Shown here piece after piece: positions 19,435 through 28,119 of a stretch of DNA of 64,000 nucleotides (position 1 is the stretch's first letter; the number at the start of each line of letters is the position of its first letter). Where the stretch lies: positions 256,001 through 320,000 of the forward strand of contig CAVPVX010000001.1 in assembly GCA_963709345.1 (NCBI GenBank), read 5' to 3'. The position numbers and the translations under genes are program-made. The notes under the pieces are model-generated. The model made no database searches and had not been told where the DNA came from. It saw nothing but the letters and a program-made list of their open reading frames with translations. This DNA comes from an uncultured Actinomycetes bacterium. Lineage in GTDB: Bacteria > Actinomycetota > Thermoleophilia > UBA2241.

Positions 19435-21234
19435 TCAGCGTCGCGGCAGATGGATGCGGAAGGTGCTGCCGCGGCCGACGACGCTGTCGACCGACACGCG
19501 CCCACCGTGCACCTGGGCGATGTGCTTGACGATGGCGAGTCCAAGGCCCGTGCCGCCGAGATCGCGGCTGCGGGCCTTGTCCACACGATAGAAGCGCTCG
19601 AAAAGCCGGGGCAGGTGCTCCCTGCGCACTCCCTGCCCTTCATCGATCACGCTGACCACGATCTCTTCCGGAGCTTCCTCGAGCCTGACCTCGACCGTGC
19701 TCCCTTCCGGGCTGTACTTGACCGCGTTGTCGATGAGATTGACGAGCGCCTGCTCCAGCAGCGGTGGACTCACCGGCGCAAGAAGGCAATCCGGGCACGT
19801 CTGGCTCAAGGCGATGGCGCGGGCCTCGGCCTTCGGCCCACAGACGTCAAGCGCCACGCCGACGACGTCGCAGAGGTCGGCCTCTTCCAGCTGGAGCAGA
19901 GGGCTGTCCTGCGACTGCTCCAGCGTGGACAGCGCAAGCAGGTCCTCGATGATCGAGTTCAGACGGTCGGCCTGCCCGGCGATGATGCGCACGAAGCGCC
20001 GAGCCGCCTCGGGATCGTCGAGGGCGCCGTCTTCGAGGGTCTCGGCGAAGCCCTTGATCGAGGTGACCGGGGTCTTCAGCTCGTGCGACACGTTCGCGAC
20101 GAAGTCGCGGCGCACCGCCTCCAGGCGCTTGAGGCGGGTCACGTCGTTCAACACCACGACGGCGCCGACGGCGGAGTCGGAGCCGCTCTCGCCGTGCAGC
20201 AGCGTGCCGTTGGCCTGCAGGTCGCGGTCCTCCGCCCCGACTCTCATCACGATGTCCGCCTCCACCGGGCGCTGCCCATCAAGCGCGAGGCCGACGACGC
20301 GCTGGAGGTCGGGGTTGCGGACGACCTCCTGGATGGACTTGCCTTCCGCCGCCGCGGGGACCGTGTCGAGCAGCCGGGCTGCGGCGGCGTTCACGGCGAT
20401 GACGCGCTCATCGGTGTCGACGGCGAGCACGCCCTCGACCATGCTCGAAAGCACGGCCTCGCGCTCGTTGCGCTCGTGGGTGAGCGTGCGCAGCTTGTCG
20501 TCAAGCTCGGCGGCCATCCGGTTCAAGCTGTCGGCGACGCCGGCGAACTCCTCGATGCGGGGAACGAAGAGCTTGTGCGAGAAATCCCCGGCGGCGAGCC
20601 GCTCCGCGCCGGCGCTGATCTCTCGCATCTGGTTACTGATGCGCCGCGAGACGTAGAGGCCGATCACCCCCGCGATCAGGGCCACCGCAAGGGCGCTGGT
20701 CGCGATGCTCACGTACAGGGTGTCGAGTGCGTCGTTCACGGTGGTCAGAGTCACGGCCGTGCGTGCGACCGCGACGACGCGGCCGTCCTCCATGACGGGG
20801 ATGGCGACGTACATCATGTCCTCACCCAGCGTGTCGCTGCGGCGGATCGCCTGCCCGCTGCGGCCCTCGAGCGCGGCGAGGTACTCCGGCCGATCGCCGT
20901 GGTTCTCCATCTGGCCGGGCAGCGAACCCGAGTCAGCGAGGACCACACCCGCGGCCGCGGCCGGCTGCCCTGCCGAGATGATGGTGATACGCGTGTCCGA
21001 GGCGGCGCCCAGACGGCGCACCAGCATCTGCAGTTCCGCCGCGGAGCCCGAATCCGCCTGCGCAGCCACCTGCTCCCGGACCAGCGACGCCCGGGCCTCG
21101 AGCTCGGTCGCGGTGTGGTCGACGTAGAACCCTCGGGCAGAGCGAACGGCGTAGAAGCCTACGGCCGCGGTGCAGAGCACCACCACGATCAGGTAGGTGG
21201 CGTAGATGCGCCAGAAGAGACGCTGCCTACGCAC
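19435..21234 (-). CDS. phoR: Phosphate regulon sensor histidine kinase (HAMP-PAS-HisKA-HATPase)
   Basis: FVANVSHELKTP, NLIDNAVKY, FERFYRVDKARSR, GGTGLGLAIVKH; next to pst operon. Confidence 0.93.
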   Translation of the reverse strand: MRRQRLFWRIYATYLIVVVLCTAAVGFYAVRSARGFYVDHTATELEARASLVREQVAAQADSGSAAELQMLVRRLGAASDTRITIISAGQPAAAAGVVLADSGSLPGQMENHGDRPEYLAALEGRSGQAIRRSDTLGEDMMYVAIPVMEDGRVVAVARTAVTLTTVNDALDTLYVSIATSALAVALIAGVIGLYVSRRISNQMREISAGAERLAAGDFSHKLFVPRIEEFAGVADSLNRMAAELDDKLRTLTHERNEREAVLSSMVEGVLAVDTDERVIAVNAAAARLLDTVPAAAEGKSIQEVVRNPDLQRVVGLALDGQRPVEADIVMRVGAEDRDLQANGTLLHGESGSDSAVGAVVVLNDVTRLKRLEAVRRDFVANVSHELKTPVTSIKGFAETLEDGALDDPEAARRFVRIIAGQADRLNSIIEDLLALSTLEQSQDSPLLQLEEADLCDVVGVALDVCGPKAEARAIALSQTCPDCLLAPVSPPLLEQALVNLIDNAVKYSPEGSTVEVRLEEAPEEIVVSVIDEGQGVRREHLPRLFERFYRVDKARSRDLGGTGLGLAIVKHIAQVHGGRVSVDSVVGRGSTFRIHLPRR

Positions 21235-21237
21235 GGG

Positions 21238-21939
21238 TCACTCGTCCTGCAGACGGTACCCCACCCCGCGCACCGTCTCGATGTAGGCGCCGCAACATCC
21301 CAGCTTGCGGCGCAGCGAGACGATGTGCACGTCCACCGAGCGGTCGGTCACGAAGCGGTCGCTGACGAATAGGTCGTCCCCCTGGGCGGCGTCGACGATC
21401 TGCTGCCTAGTGAACACCCAGCCGGGGCGCTTGGCCAGATACTGGAGGATGCGGAACTCCGTGGCGGTCAGCTCCACCGGCTTGTCGTCGACGCTCACCT
21501 GGTGGCGACCGGGGCGGATGGTCAGCTGCTTGATGCGGATGGTCGCTTCGTCGTCGGGAGCCTGGTCGGCGCGGCGCAGCACGGCCCGGATGCGGGCCGT
21601 GAGGACCCGCGGGCTGAACGGCTTGGTCACGTAGTCGGAGGCGCCGAGCTCCAGTCCGGCGACCACATCCGCCTCCGTGCCCTTGGCCGTGAGCATGACG
21701 ATGGGGATGGAGCGAGTCTTGGCGTCGGTCTTCAGCCGACGGCAGACCTCGAGCCCGTCCACGCCGGGCAGCATGAGGTCGAGCACGATGATGTCGGGCA
21801 TCTTGGCGCGCGTCGCGACCAGAGCGTCTTCGCCGCTGGCCACCACGGTGACGTGATAGCCCTCTTTGTCGAGGTTGTACTTGACGAGCTCGAGGATGTC
21901 TCGTTCGTCATCGACGACAAGCACGTTCTCTCTGGCCAT
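21238..21939 (-). CDS. phoB: OmpR/PhoB-family response regulator
   Basis: LVVDDE, LDLMLPG, MLTAKG, DYVTKPFS, RSVDVHI, IETVRGVGY. Confidence 0.92.
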   Translation of the reverse strand: MARENVLVVDDERDILELVKYNLDKEGYHVTVVASGEDALVATRAKMPDIIVLDLMLPGVDGLEVCRRLKTDAKTRSIPIVMLTAKGTEADVVAGLELGASDYVTKPFSPRVLTARIRAVLRRADQAPDDEATIRIKQLTIRPGRHQVSVDDKPVELTATEFRILQYLAKRPGWVFTRQQIVDAAQGDDLFVSDRFVTDRSVDVHIVSLRRKLGCCGAYIETVRGVGYRLQDE

Positions 21940-22013
21940 CGTCACATCCGTGTCGGGAATCGTGCGGCGCCGGCGCCGGAACAGCGCCGCACGCCCTGCA
22001 GGTCCACCATGAG

Positions 22014-22045
22014 ACCCTAGAGACTCGATGTTAGGGCTTCGTTAG
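22014..22045 (-). promoter_or_regulatory. Putative Pho box (CTAAC-N6-CTAAC) plus -10 TAGGGT for phoBR (autoregulation)
   Basis: Same repeat and same 10-nt distance to a TANNNT hexamer as upstream of pstS. Confidence 0.7.
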
Positions 22046-22106
22046 CATAGAGGCCATACCTGCGGCATCCGGCAGTGAGCCGTCGCCGCCCGGCGAAAGG
22101 AACGGC

Positions 22107-23423
22107 ATGGACGCTCGAGCCGATGTCGTCGTGATCGGCGGCGGACCCGTCGGGGCCTGCTGTGCGCTCTGGCTGTCCGAGTCGGGCGCCCGGGTGACCC
22201 TGCTGGAGAAGGAGCCGGAGGTATGCCCTCCCGTCAGCGGCGCCTACGCGAACTGCGGGCTCCTGGTACCGAGCGATGTCCAGCCCCTCGCCTCGCCCGG
22301 CGCCCTCGGCCGAGGACTGCGTTGGCTGCTCGACAGCTCGAGCCCCTTCTACATCGCCCCGCGCCCGAGCCCGGCTCTGGCACGCTGGCTCTGGCTGTTC
22401 CGCGCCGCGGCGGCGCCGGAAAGAGCCCACGCGGCGGCGCCTCTCCTCAAGGCGCTGCACGCGCTGAGCGCCTCCTTGCACGACGAGCTCGCGGCTCGGC
22501 CTCAAGGGAACGCGGACGCGTTCGCCGGCGATGCTCGTGCTCGAGAGAACACGTCTCTGGGCTCACGCTGGGCCTTTCGCCACGACGGCATCGTCCAAGT
22601 CTACGAGGGGGCGGCCGCTCTGGCGGCAGCCGCCGAGGAAGCAGAGTCGGCGCGCGCCCTGGGCGTACGCGCCGAACCCATGGATGCTGCCGCGGTCCGG
22701 ACCCTGTTCCCCGGCGCAAGCGGCCCCGTGGCCGGCGGCTTCTTCTTCCCGGACGACGGCCACCTCGACCCGATGCGCTTCACCCGCGAGGTGGCCGCGC
22801 TGGCGGCCGCAGCCGGCGCCACCGTACGCCCCGGTACCGAGGCGATCGCCCTGGAGCCGGCCGACCCCGGCGGCGTGCGCGTCGTGACGACGCGCGGCGG
22901 CGTCCTCGCCGATCAGGTCGTCATCGCCGCCGGCGCGTGGACGCCGGCGCTCACTCGCCGGCTCGGCCTGTCGCTTCCCATCGAGCCGGCCAAGGGGTAC
23001 AGCGTCGACGTGGAGCGGCCGGCCGACTTCCCGGAGCTGCCCCTGTACATGGGCGACGCCCACTGCGTGCTCACGCCGCTCGACGACGCCCTCCGAATGG
23101 GCAGCACTCTCGAACTGTCGGGATGGGACATGAGGATACGGCTGCAGCGCGTCGCCGGCCTGCGCCAGGCCGCAGAGAGGATGCTGGGGATTCCGGCGAA
23201 CGGCCCGGTCCGTCAGATCTGGCGCGGGCCCCGTCCGCTCACTCCGGACGGCCTACCGGTGATCGGGCGCCTGCCACGACAGCGTCGGGTGATCCTGGCC
23301 ACCGGCCACTGCATGCTCGGCCTCTCCCTCGGGCCGGTGACCGGGCGCCTGGTCGCCGAACTGGCCGGCGGCGCCAGGCCGAGCATCGACCTCTCGCTGA
23401 TGACGCCGGATCGCTGGATCTGA
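22107..23423 (+). CDS. FAD-dependent D-amino acid dehydrogenase (DadA family)
   Basis: VVIGGGPVG, AYANCG, PAKGYS, GPRPLTPDGLPVIG, ATGHCMLGL. Confidence 0.9.
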   Translation: MDARADVVVIGGGPVGACCALWLSESGARVTLLEKEPEVCPPVSGAYANCGLLVPSDVQPLASPGALGRGLRWLLDSSSPFYIAPRPSPALARWLWLFRAAAAPERAHAAAPLLKALHALSASLHDELAARPQGNADAFAGDARARENTSLGSRWAFRHDGIVQVYEGAAALAAAAEEAESARALGVRAEPMDAAAVRTLFPGASGPVAGGFFFPDDGHLDPMRFTREVAALAAAAGATVRPGTEAIALEPADPGGVRVVTTRGGVLADQVVIAAGAWTPALTRRLGLSLPIEPAKGYSVDVERPADFPELPLYMGDAHCVLTPLDDALRMGSTLELSGWDMRIRLQRVAGLRQAAERMLGIPANGPVRQIWRGPRPLTPDGLPVIGRLPRQRRVILATGHCMLGLSLGPVTGRLVAELAGGARPSIDLSLMTPDRWI

Positions 23424-23439
23424 ACGTCGCCGCGCGCCG

Positions 23440-24210
23440 TCAGCTCAGAATGGCCTCGTAGGCGGCGCGCCAGTCAGAGAAGTCGGCGAAGACGCGGTCG
23501 GGCGCGTACGCCGCGAGCTCGTCGACGCTGTGCTTGCCGGTGGCGACGGCGATGGCCCTCACGGCGAGCGAGGCGCCGCACTCGACGTCGGCCGGCGTGT
23601 CGCCGATCACGACGACGTCCTTACCCGCGAACGCGCGCCCGGTGAGACGCTCGGCGCGGGCGACGGCGACCGCCGGCAACTCGGTACGATAGGCGGAATC
23701 GGAGCCGTACGCGCCCAGCTTGAACAGCGGGTAGAGGCCCGTGGGCGCGAGCTTCACGCGGGCGCCTTCTTCGACGTTGCCCGTCAGCAAGCCGAGGAGC
23801 GCGCGGCGATCGGCCGCGAGCGCCGTGACCAGCTCCTTGATGCCGGGGAGCACCTCAACCTTCCCGTCGGTGATCTCGCCGGCGAGGAGCTCGACGTAGC
23901 GCGCGATACAGCGGTCGACCAGGTCGTCGATCAGATCGTCCGGCGTGCCGAGGCGCTCGGCCAGGTCGTGCACGACCTGCGGCTGCGTCTCGGCCTCGTA
24001 GCGGCCGACGATCGCCTCGACGTCCCCGGCGCCCCACAGGCCGGCGAGGTCACGGACGATGCCGGGGTCGGTGCGACCGTGGAAGGTGTAGTCGCCGAGC
24101 TCGCCCTCGACACCGTAGACGTCCCTGATCGCGCGCATGATGGCGCGGCCGCCTACGCCGTGAGCGTCGATGAGCGTACAGTCGATGTCGAAGAGGACCA
24201 GCCGTTCCAT
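23440..24210 (-). CDS. HAD-family hydrolase
   Basis: LFDIDCTL, GRTD, LLTGN, GAYGSD, IGDTPADV. Confidence 0.92.
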   Translation of the reverse strand: MERLVLFDIDCTLIDAHGVGGRAIMRAIRDVYGVEGELGDYTFHGRTDPGIVRDLAGLWGAGDVEAIVGRYEAETQPQVVHDLAERLGTPDDLIDDLVDRCIARYVELLAGEITDGKVEVLPGIKELVTALAADRRALLGLLTGNVEEGARVKLAPTGLYPLFKLGAYGSDSAYRTELPAVAVARAERLTGRAFAGKDVVVIGDTPADVECGASLAVRAIAVATGKHSVDELAAYAPDRVFADFSDWRAAYEAILS

Positions 24211-24294
24211 GGCCGGGCCAGTATAGCCAACCAGACGACGCGGCTCAGCCGAAGCGGTGGACGGTCGTGTCGGGTCGGCCCATCTGTCCGCAGC

Positions 24295-25488
24295 CTACGC
24301 GACCGAGAGCGCCTGCTCCAGGTCGGCGATCAGGTCGCCCGCGTCCTCGATGCCGACGGAGTAGCGGATGAGCCCCTCGGGGATTCCCATCGCCTCCCTC
24401 TCCTCGAGCGTGCACTCGACGTGACTGGTGGTCGCCGGCACGCCGGCGAGCGTTTCGACGGCCCCGAGATTGGCGGCCAGGTGAGCCAGCCGCAGTCGCG
24501 ACAGCACGCGCTTGACTGCCTCGAAGCCGCCCTCGAGGGAGAAGCTGAGCATACCGCCGTAGCCGCGCATCTGCCGCGCCGCGACGTCGTGATGCAGGTG
24601 GTTCTCGAGACCCGGGTAGTTGACGGCTTCCACGGCCGGCTGTCGCTCCAGCCAGCGCGCGATCGTCATCGCGTTCTCGTTCTGCCGGCCTACGCGCAGG
24701 GCCAGCGTCTTGATGCTGCGCACGAGCAGGTACGCCGCCATGGGGTCGAGCGACGCGCCGGTGATCTCGCGGTAGTGATAGACCTTCCCGATGAGCTCCG
24801 GCGACCCGCAGAGCACGCCGCCGAGCACGTCGGCGTGCCCGCCGAGGAACTTGGTGGCGCTGTGCAGCACCAGGTCGGCGCCCAGCGCCAGCGGGTTCTG
24901 GTTGATCGGTGTGGCGAAGGTGTTGTCGGCGACGACGATCGCCCCCGCTTCCTGGGCCGCCGCGGACAGGCGGGCGATGTCCATCACCTTCAGCGTCGGA
25001 TTGGTCGGCGACTCCAGATACACGAGCGTGCAGCCCTCGGCGATCGCGGCCTCGATCTGCTCGAAGTCCGTGGTGTCACAGAGCGTCACCCGCACGCCGA
25101 TGCGCGGCAGGAAGTCGACGAACATCTGGTTGGTGCCGCCGTAGGTGTCCTTGACCGAGACGACGCGGTCGCCAGGAGCCAGCAGCGCCAGCAGCGTGTT
25201 GCTGACGGCGGCCATGCCGGTGGAGAAGCTCGTGGCCGCCGCGGCGCCCTCAAGAATCCGCACTTTCTCCTCGAAGGCGGCGACGGTCGGGTTGGTGTTG
25301 CGCGAGTAGATGTGGCCCTCGGCGCGGCCGAGGGCGGAGTCCACCCAGCCGTCCACGTCGTCGTAGCCGAAGGCGGCGCTGTAGACGATGGGCACCTGGG
25401 TGCCCCTGTGAGCGCGCGCCGCCTCCTCACCCCCACGCACGGCGAGCGTGTCCGGCGAGAGGCCTTCGGGCAGTCCTTGGTCGGTCAT
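24295..25488 (-). CDS. Cystathionine gamma-synthase/lyase family PLP enzyme
   Basis: YSRNTNPT, LESPTNP, DNTFATP, HSATKFLGGH (PLP Lys), RYSVGIED; SD AAGGAG. Confidence 0.93.
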   Translation of the reverse strand: MTDQGLPEGLSPDTLAVRGGEEAARAHRGTQVPIVYSAAFGYDDVDGWVDSALGRAEGHIYSRNTNPTVAAFEEKVRILEGAAAATSFSTGMAAVSNTLLALLAPGDRVVSVKDTYGGTNQMFVDFLPRIGVRVTLCDTTDFEQIEAAIAEGCTLVYLESPTNPTLKVMDIARLSAAAQEAGAIVVADNTFATPINQNPLALGADLVLHSATKFLGGHADVLGGVLCGSPELIGKVYHYREITGASLDPMAAYLLVRSIKTLALRVGRQNENAMTIARWLERQPAVEAVNYPGLENHLHHDVAARQMRGYGGMLSFSLEGGFEAVKRVLSRLRLAHLAANLGAVETLAGVPATTSHVECTLEEREAMGIPEGLIRYSVGIEDAGDLIADLEQALSVA

Positions 25489-25811
25489 CGGGGGCTCCTT
25501 GACGAGTGACGGTCCCGGGTGGATCGTGCCGGCTATTCTCGCACATAGTCGGTCCCGGGCCGCCTCCGTTGCCGACCGCCCCACAGCACCGGCGACAGCG
25601 GTGTCACGCCGGGGCCGAGTCAGAGGCTGTGCCGGGAGAGCCGGCGTGCCGGCGCATGCCATCGCAGGCATCCGGCTCTCATCGTGCATCAAGGAGGCAC
25701 CCTACCTGCCGGGGAAGGCCGCGCTGCCTTCCTTCCCGGTCCCAAGGGCACCCCAAGGCCAGACTGCCGATTCGGATGGTCGCCGGCGCGCACGGAACGG
25801 CGCCTTCACAT

Positions 25812-25841
25812 CATCTACATATTGTCGAGCAATAATGTCAA
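25812..25841 (-). promoter_or_regulatory. Sigma70-type promoter with palindromic operator in the spacer
   Basis: AT-rich patch; minus TTGACA (25836-41), 18 nt, TAGATG; palindrome TATTG-tcgag-CAATA (25820-25834). Confidence 0.5.
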
Positions 25842-25912
25842 GTATGGGGAGTCACCCAAGCTGCTCGCGATTCCGGAGAGGCTTAACGCCAGACACATGA
25901 GGAGAAGGAACG

Positions 25913-26260
25913 ATGATGTGGGACGGTAACGGACCGTGGGCACACCCGACGGTCTGGGGAGGCGGAGGCTGGCTCATGGGTATCGGTATGTTCGCGGCAC
26001 TGGTGATCGCCGTCGTACTCGTCGTGATCCTCGTCCGCAGCCTCAACCAGCAGACGCGTTCAACGACGTACGAGCAGTACCAAGCGGCTTACGGCGGGCA
26101 GTACACTGGGCAATACGGCGCTCAGCCGCCGGCGACGCCGTTGCCGGCGCAGCCGACCGTGCAGACGCAGCCCGAGACTCCGCGCGACATCGTGCAGCGT
26201 CGCTACGCGAGCGGCGAGATCGACCGCGAGGAGTACCTCCAGAAGCTCGCGGACCTCTGA
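25913..26260 (+). CDS. SHOCT-domain membrane protein
   Basis: G/W/M-rich N-terminus, one TM, C-terminal IVQRRYASGEIDREEY. Confidence 0.88.
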   Translation: MMWDGNGPWAHPTVWGGGGWLMGIGMFAALVIAVVLVVILVRSLNQQTRSTTYEQYQAAYGGQYTGQYGAQPPATPLPAQPTVQTQPETPRDIVQRRYASGEIDREEYLQKLADL

Positions 26261-26380
26261 GCCCGCAGCGGGCGCCCGGGCGCGAGAGACGGCCTCGCCT
26301 TCCGCGCCCTGGGCTCACCTGCCGCAACGTCACCCGGCCCTCGGTTGACCCAGAGCCGGACGGGCGAGTACGCTCGGAGT

Positions 26381-26474
26381 CCGTTGGGGAGTAGTCGGCT
26401 CGCGGGCAGCGAGTGGCGCGGTCGTCATCACGGGCCTCGGCCCCGGTCGCGCCGGCAAACGGCGAGACCTTCGG
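26381..26474 (+). ncRNA. yybP-ykoY (Mn2+) riboswitch
   Basis: GGGGAGTAG...CGTCATCAC...GGCAAACGGCGAGACCT hallmark motifs directly upstream of terC. Confidence 0.9.
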
Positions 26475-26503
26475 CACGCAAGCGTGCCGGGGGTCCTTTT
26501 TTT
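26466..26503 (+). terminator. Intrinsic terminator forming the riboswitch expression platform
   Basis: GACCTTCGGCACGC-AA-GCGTGCCGGGGGTC followed by 7 T; overlaps the aptamer 3' strand. Confidence 0.8.
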
Positions 26504-26543
26504 CGGCCGGCGCGAAGGGAGTCATGATGAGGAGCGCAGACCG

Positions 26544-27524
26544 ATGAGCGGAGGCGAGCTCACGCACTGGGTCATCTTCTTCTGCATCGTCGCGGTGGCG
26601 CTCGGCATCGACCTCGGCTTCGTCGGCCGCAAAGGCAAAGTCATCAGTACGCGCACCGCGTATGCCTGGAGCGCCGTGTGGATCTCCCTCGGCCTCAGTC
26701 TCTCGCTGCTCGTCTGGCTCTGGTACGGCGGCGAGGCGGCGCAACAGTACCTCGCCGGCTACCTCATCGAAGAGTCGCTCAGTATCGACAACCTCTTCGT
26801 CTTCCTCCTCGTCTTCGGCTCTCTCGGGATCGCGCTGCGCTATCAACGCAAGGTCCTGTTCTGGGGCATCCTCGGCGCCATCGTCATGCGCGGCACGTTC
26901 ATCGTCGCCGGCGTCGAGCTCATCGAGCGCTTCCACTGGATCATCTACATCTTCGGAGCGCTGCTCGTGTTCACCGCCTACCGGCTGATCCGTTCCCATG
27001 GGGTCAAGGTGGAAACGGAGAACAACCCCATGGTCCGCCTGGCACGCCGCGTCTTTCCCGTGGACGTCGAGTACCGGGGCAAGCGCTTCGTCGTGCGCCG
27101 GGGCGGCAAGCTTTTCGTCACGTCCCTGGCGATCGCGCTCGTGGCGATCGAGTCGGCCGACCTCGTCTTCGCCATCGACTCGGTGCCGGCGGTGCTCGCC
27201 ATCTCCAACATCACGTTCGTGGTGTTCACCAGCAACATCGCCGCCGTCCTCGGGCTGCGCTCCCTCTACTTCGCGCTCGCCGGCACCCTCCAGCGTTTCG
27301 AGTACCTGAGCTACGGGCTCGCCGCCGTCCTCGGCTTCGTTGGTGTCAAGATGCTCGTCAGTGACCTGGTGCACGTACCGATCGTCGCTTCACTGGGCTT
27401 CATCGTCTTCGCCGTCGGCTCTTCGGTGCTGGTCTCGCTCTTGCTCACGCGCGGCGTCGAGCCGGACGCCGCCGTGCTCGAGGCGGCAGCCCACACCGAC
27501 GGCGTCGGCAGCGACGAGGACTGA
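26544..27524 (+). CDS. TerC/Alx family metal homeostasis membrane protein
   Basis: GYLIEESLSIDNLFVF, VLFWGILGAIVMRG, DLVFAIDSVPA, FTSNIAAVLGLRSLYF. Confidence 0.95.
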   Translation: MSGGELTHWVIFFCIVAVALGIDLGFVGRKGKVISTRTAYAWSAVWISLGLSLSLLVWLWYGGEAAQQYLAGYLIEESLSIDNLFVFLLVFGSLGIALRYQRKVLFWGILGAIVMRGTFIVAGVELIERFHWIIYIFGALLVFTAYRLIRSHGVKVETENNPMVRLARRVFPVDVEYRGKRFVVRRGGKLFVTSLAIALVAIESADLVFAIDSVPAVLAISNITFVVFTSNIAAVLGLRSLYFALAGTLQRFEYLSYGLAAVLGFVGVKMLVSDLVHVPIVASLGFIVFAVGSSVLVSLLLTRGVEPDAAVLEAAAHTDGVGSDED

Positions 27525-27587
27525 AGGCGCCGGGCCGCAGGGGCCTGCGGCGAGCGCGACGGTCGGGCGGTCCAACGGCACCAAGTG

Positions 27588-27642
27588 TTGATTGGATGGG
27601 CTCTCCCGGATATCATATGAATATCTGCTCAGATGTTCATAT
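27588..27642 (+). promoter_or_regulatory. Promoter with ArsR/SmtB-type operator
   Basis: TTGATT-17nt-TATCAT; inverted repeat ATATGAATATCTG-ct-CAGATGTTCATAT overlapping -10/+1. Confidence 0.8.
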
Positions 27643-27654
27643 AAAGGATGAGCC

Positions 27655-28119
27655 ATGCGCCCGGCGAGTGACGCTTCACAGCACGTGATCTGCGGCAAAG
27701 GCGATGAGGGTCTTGACCGCTGCGACACCTTCGTCGTCGACCCGGAGCACGTTCGCGCCGTGCGCGAGCGGCTCGTGCCGGCCGCCACGGCGGAGCGCAT
27801 GGCGGCGACCTTCAAGGTCCTCGCCGACCCGAGCCGGTGCCGTCTGATCGCGGCCGTCATCGAGGCCGGCGAGCTCTGCGTGTGCGATCTCGCCGCGACC
27901 GTCGAGATGAGCGAGAGCAACGTGAGCCACCACCTCAGGGTGCTCCGCGACCACGACCTCGTGCGCGCCCGGCGCGCCGGCAAGATGGTCTTCTACTCGC
28001 CCGACGACGCGCACATCCCTCTCCTGCTCGAACTCACGCGCGAGCACGTCGAGCACGGGCCGGCCACCGCCGGCGAGCCGGGCCGCCCGGATGCCGCATC
28101 GCCTCGAGGACCGGCATGA
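27655..28119 (+). CDS. ArsR/SmtB (CadC-like) metalloregulator
   Basis: FKVLADPSR, ELCVCDL, SNVSHHLRVLR, GKMVFYS; N-terminal Cys, C-terminal EHVEH. Confidence 0.93.
   Translation: MRPASDASQHVICGKGDEGLDRCDTFVVDPEHVRAVRERLVPAATAERMAATFKVLADPSRCRLIAAVIEAGELCVCDLAATVEMSESNVSHHLRVLRDHDLVRARRAGKMVFYSPDDAHIPLLLELTREHVEHGPATAGEPGRPDAASPRGPA

Noticed and set aside
25715-25745. Minus-strand GGACCGGGAAGGAAGGCAGC resembling SRP RNA domain IV
   Set aside because: Lacks the conserved CAGG/AGCAG internal-loop geometry and GNRA-capped helix
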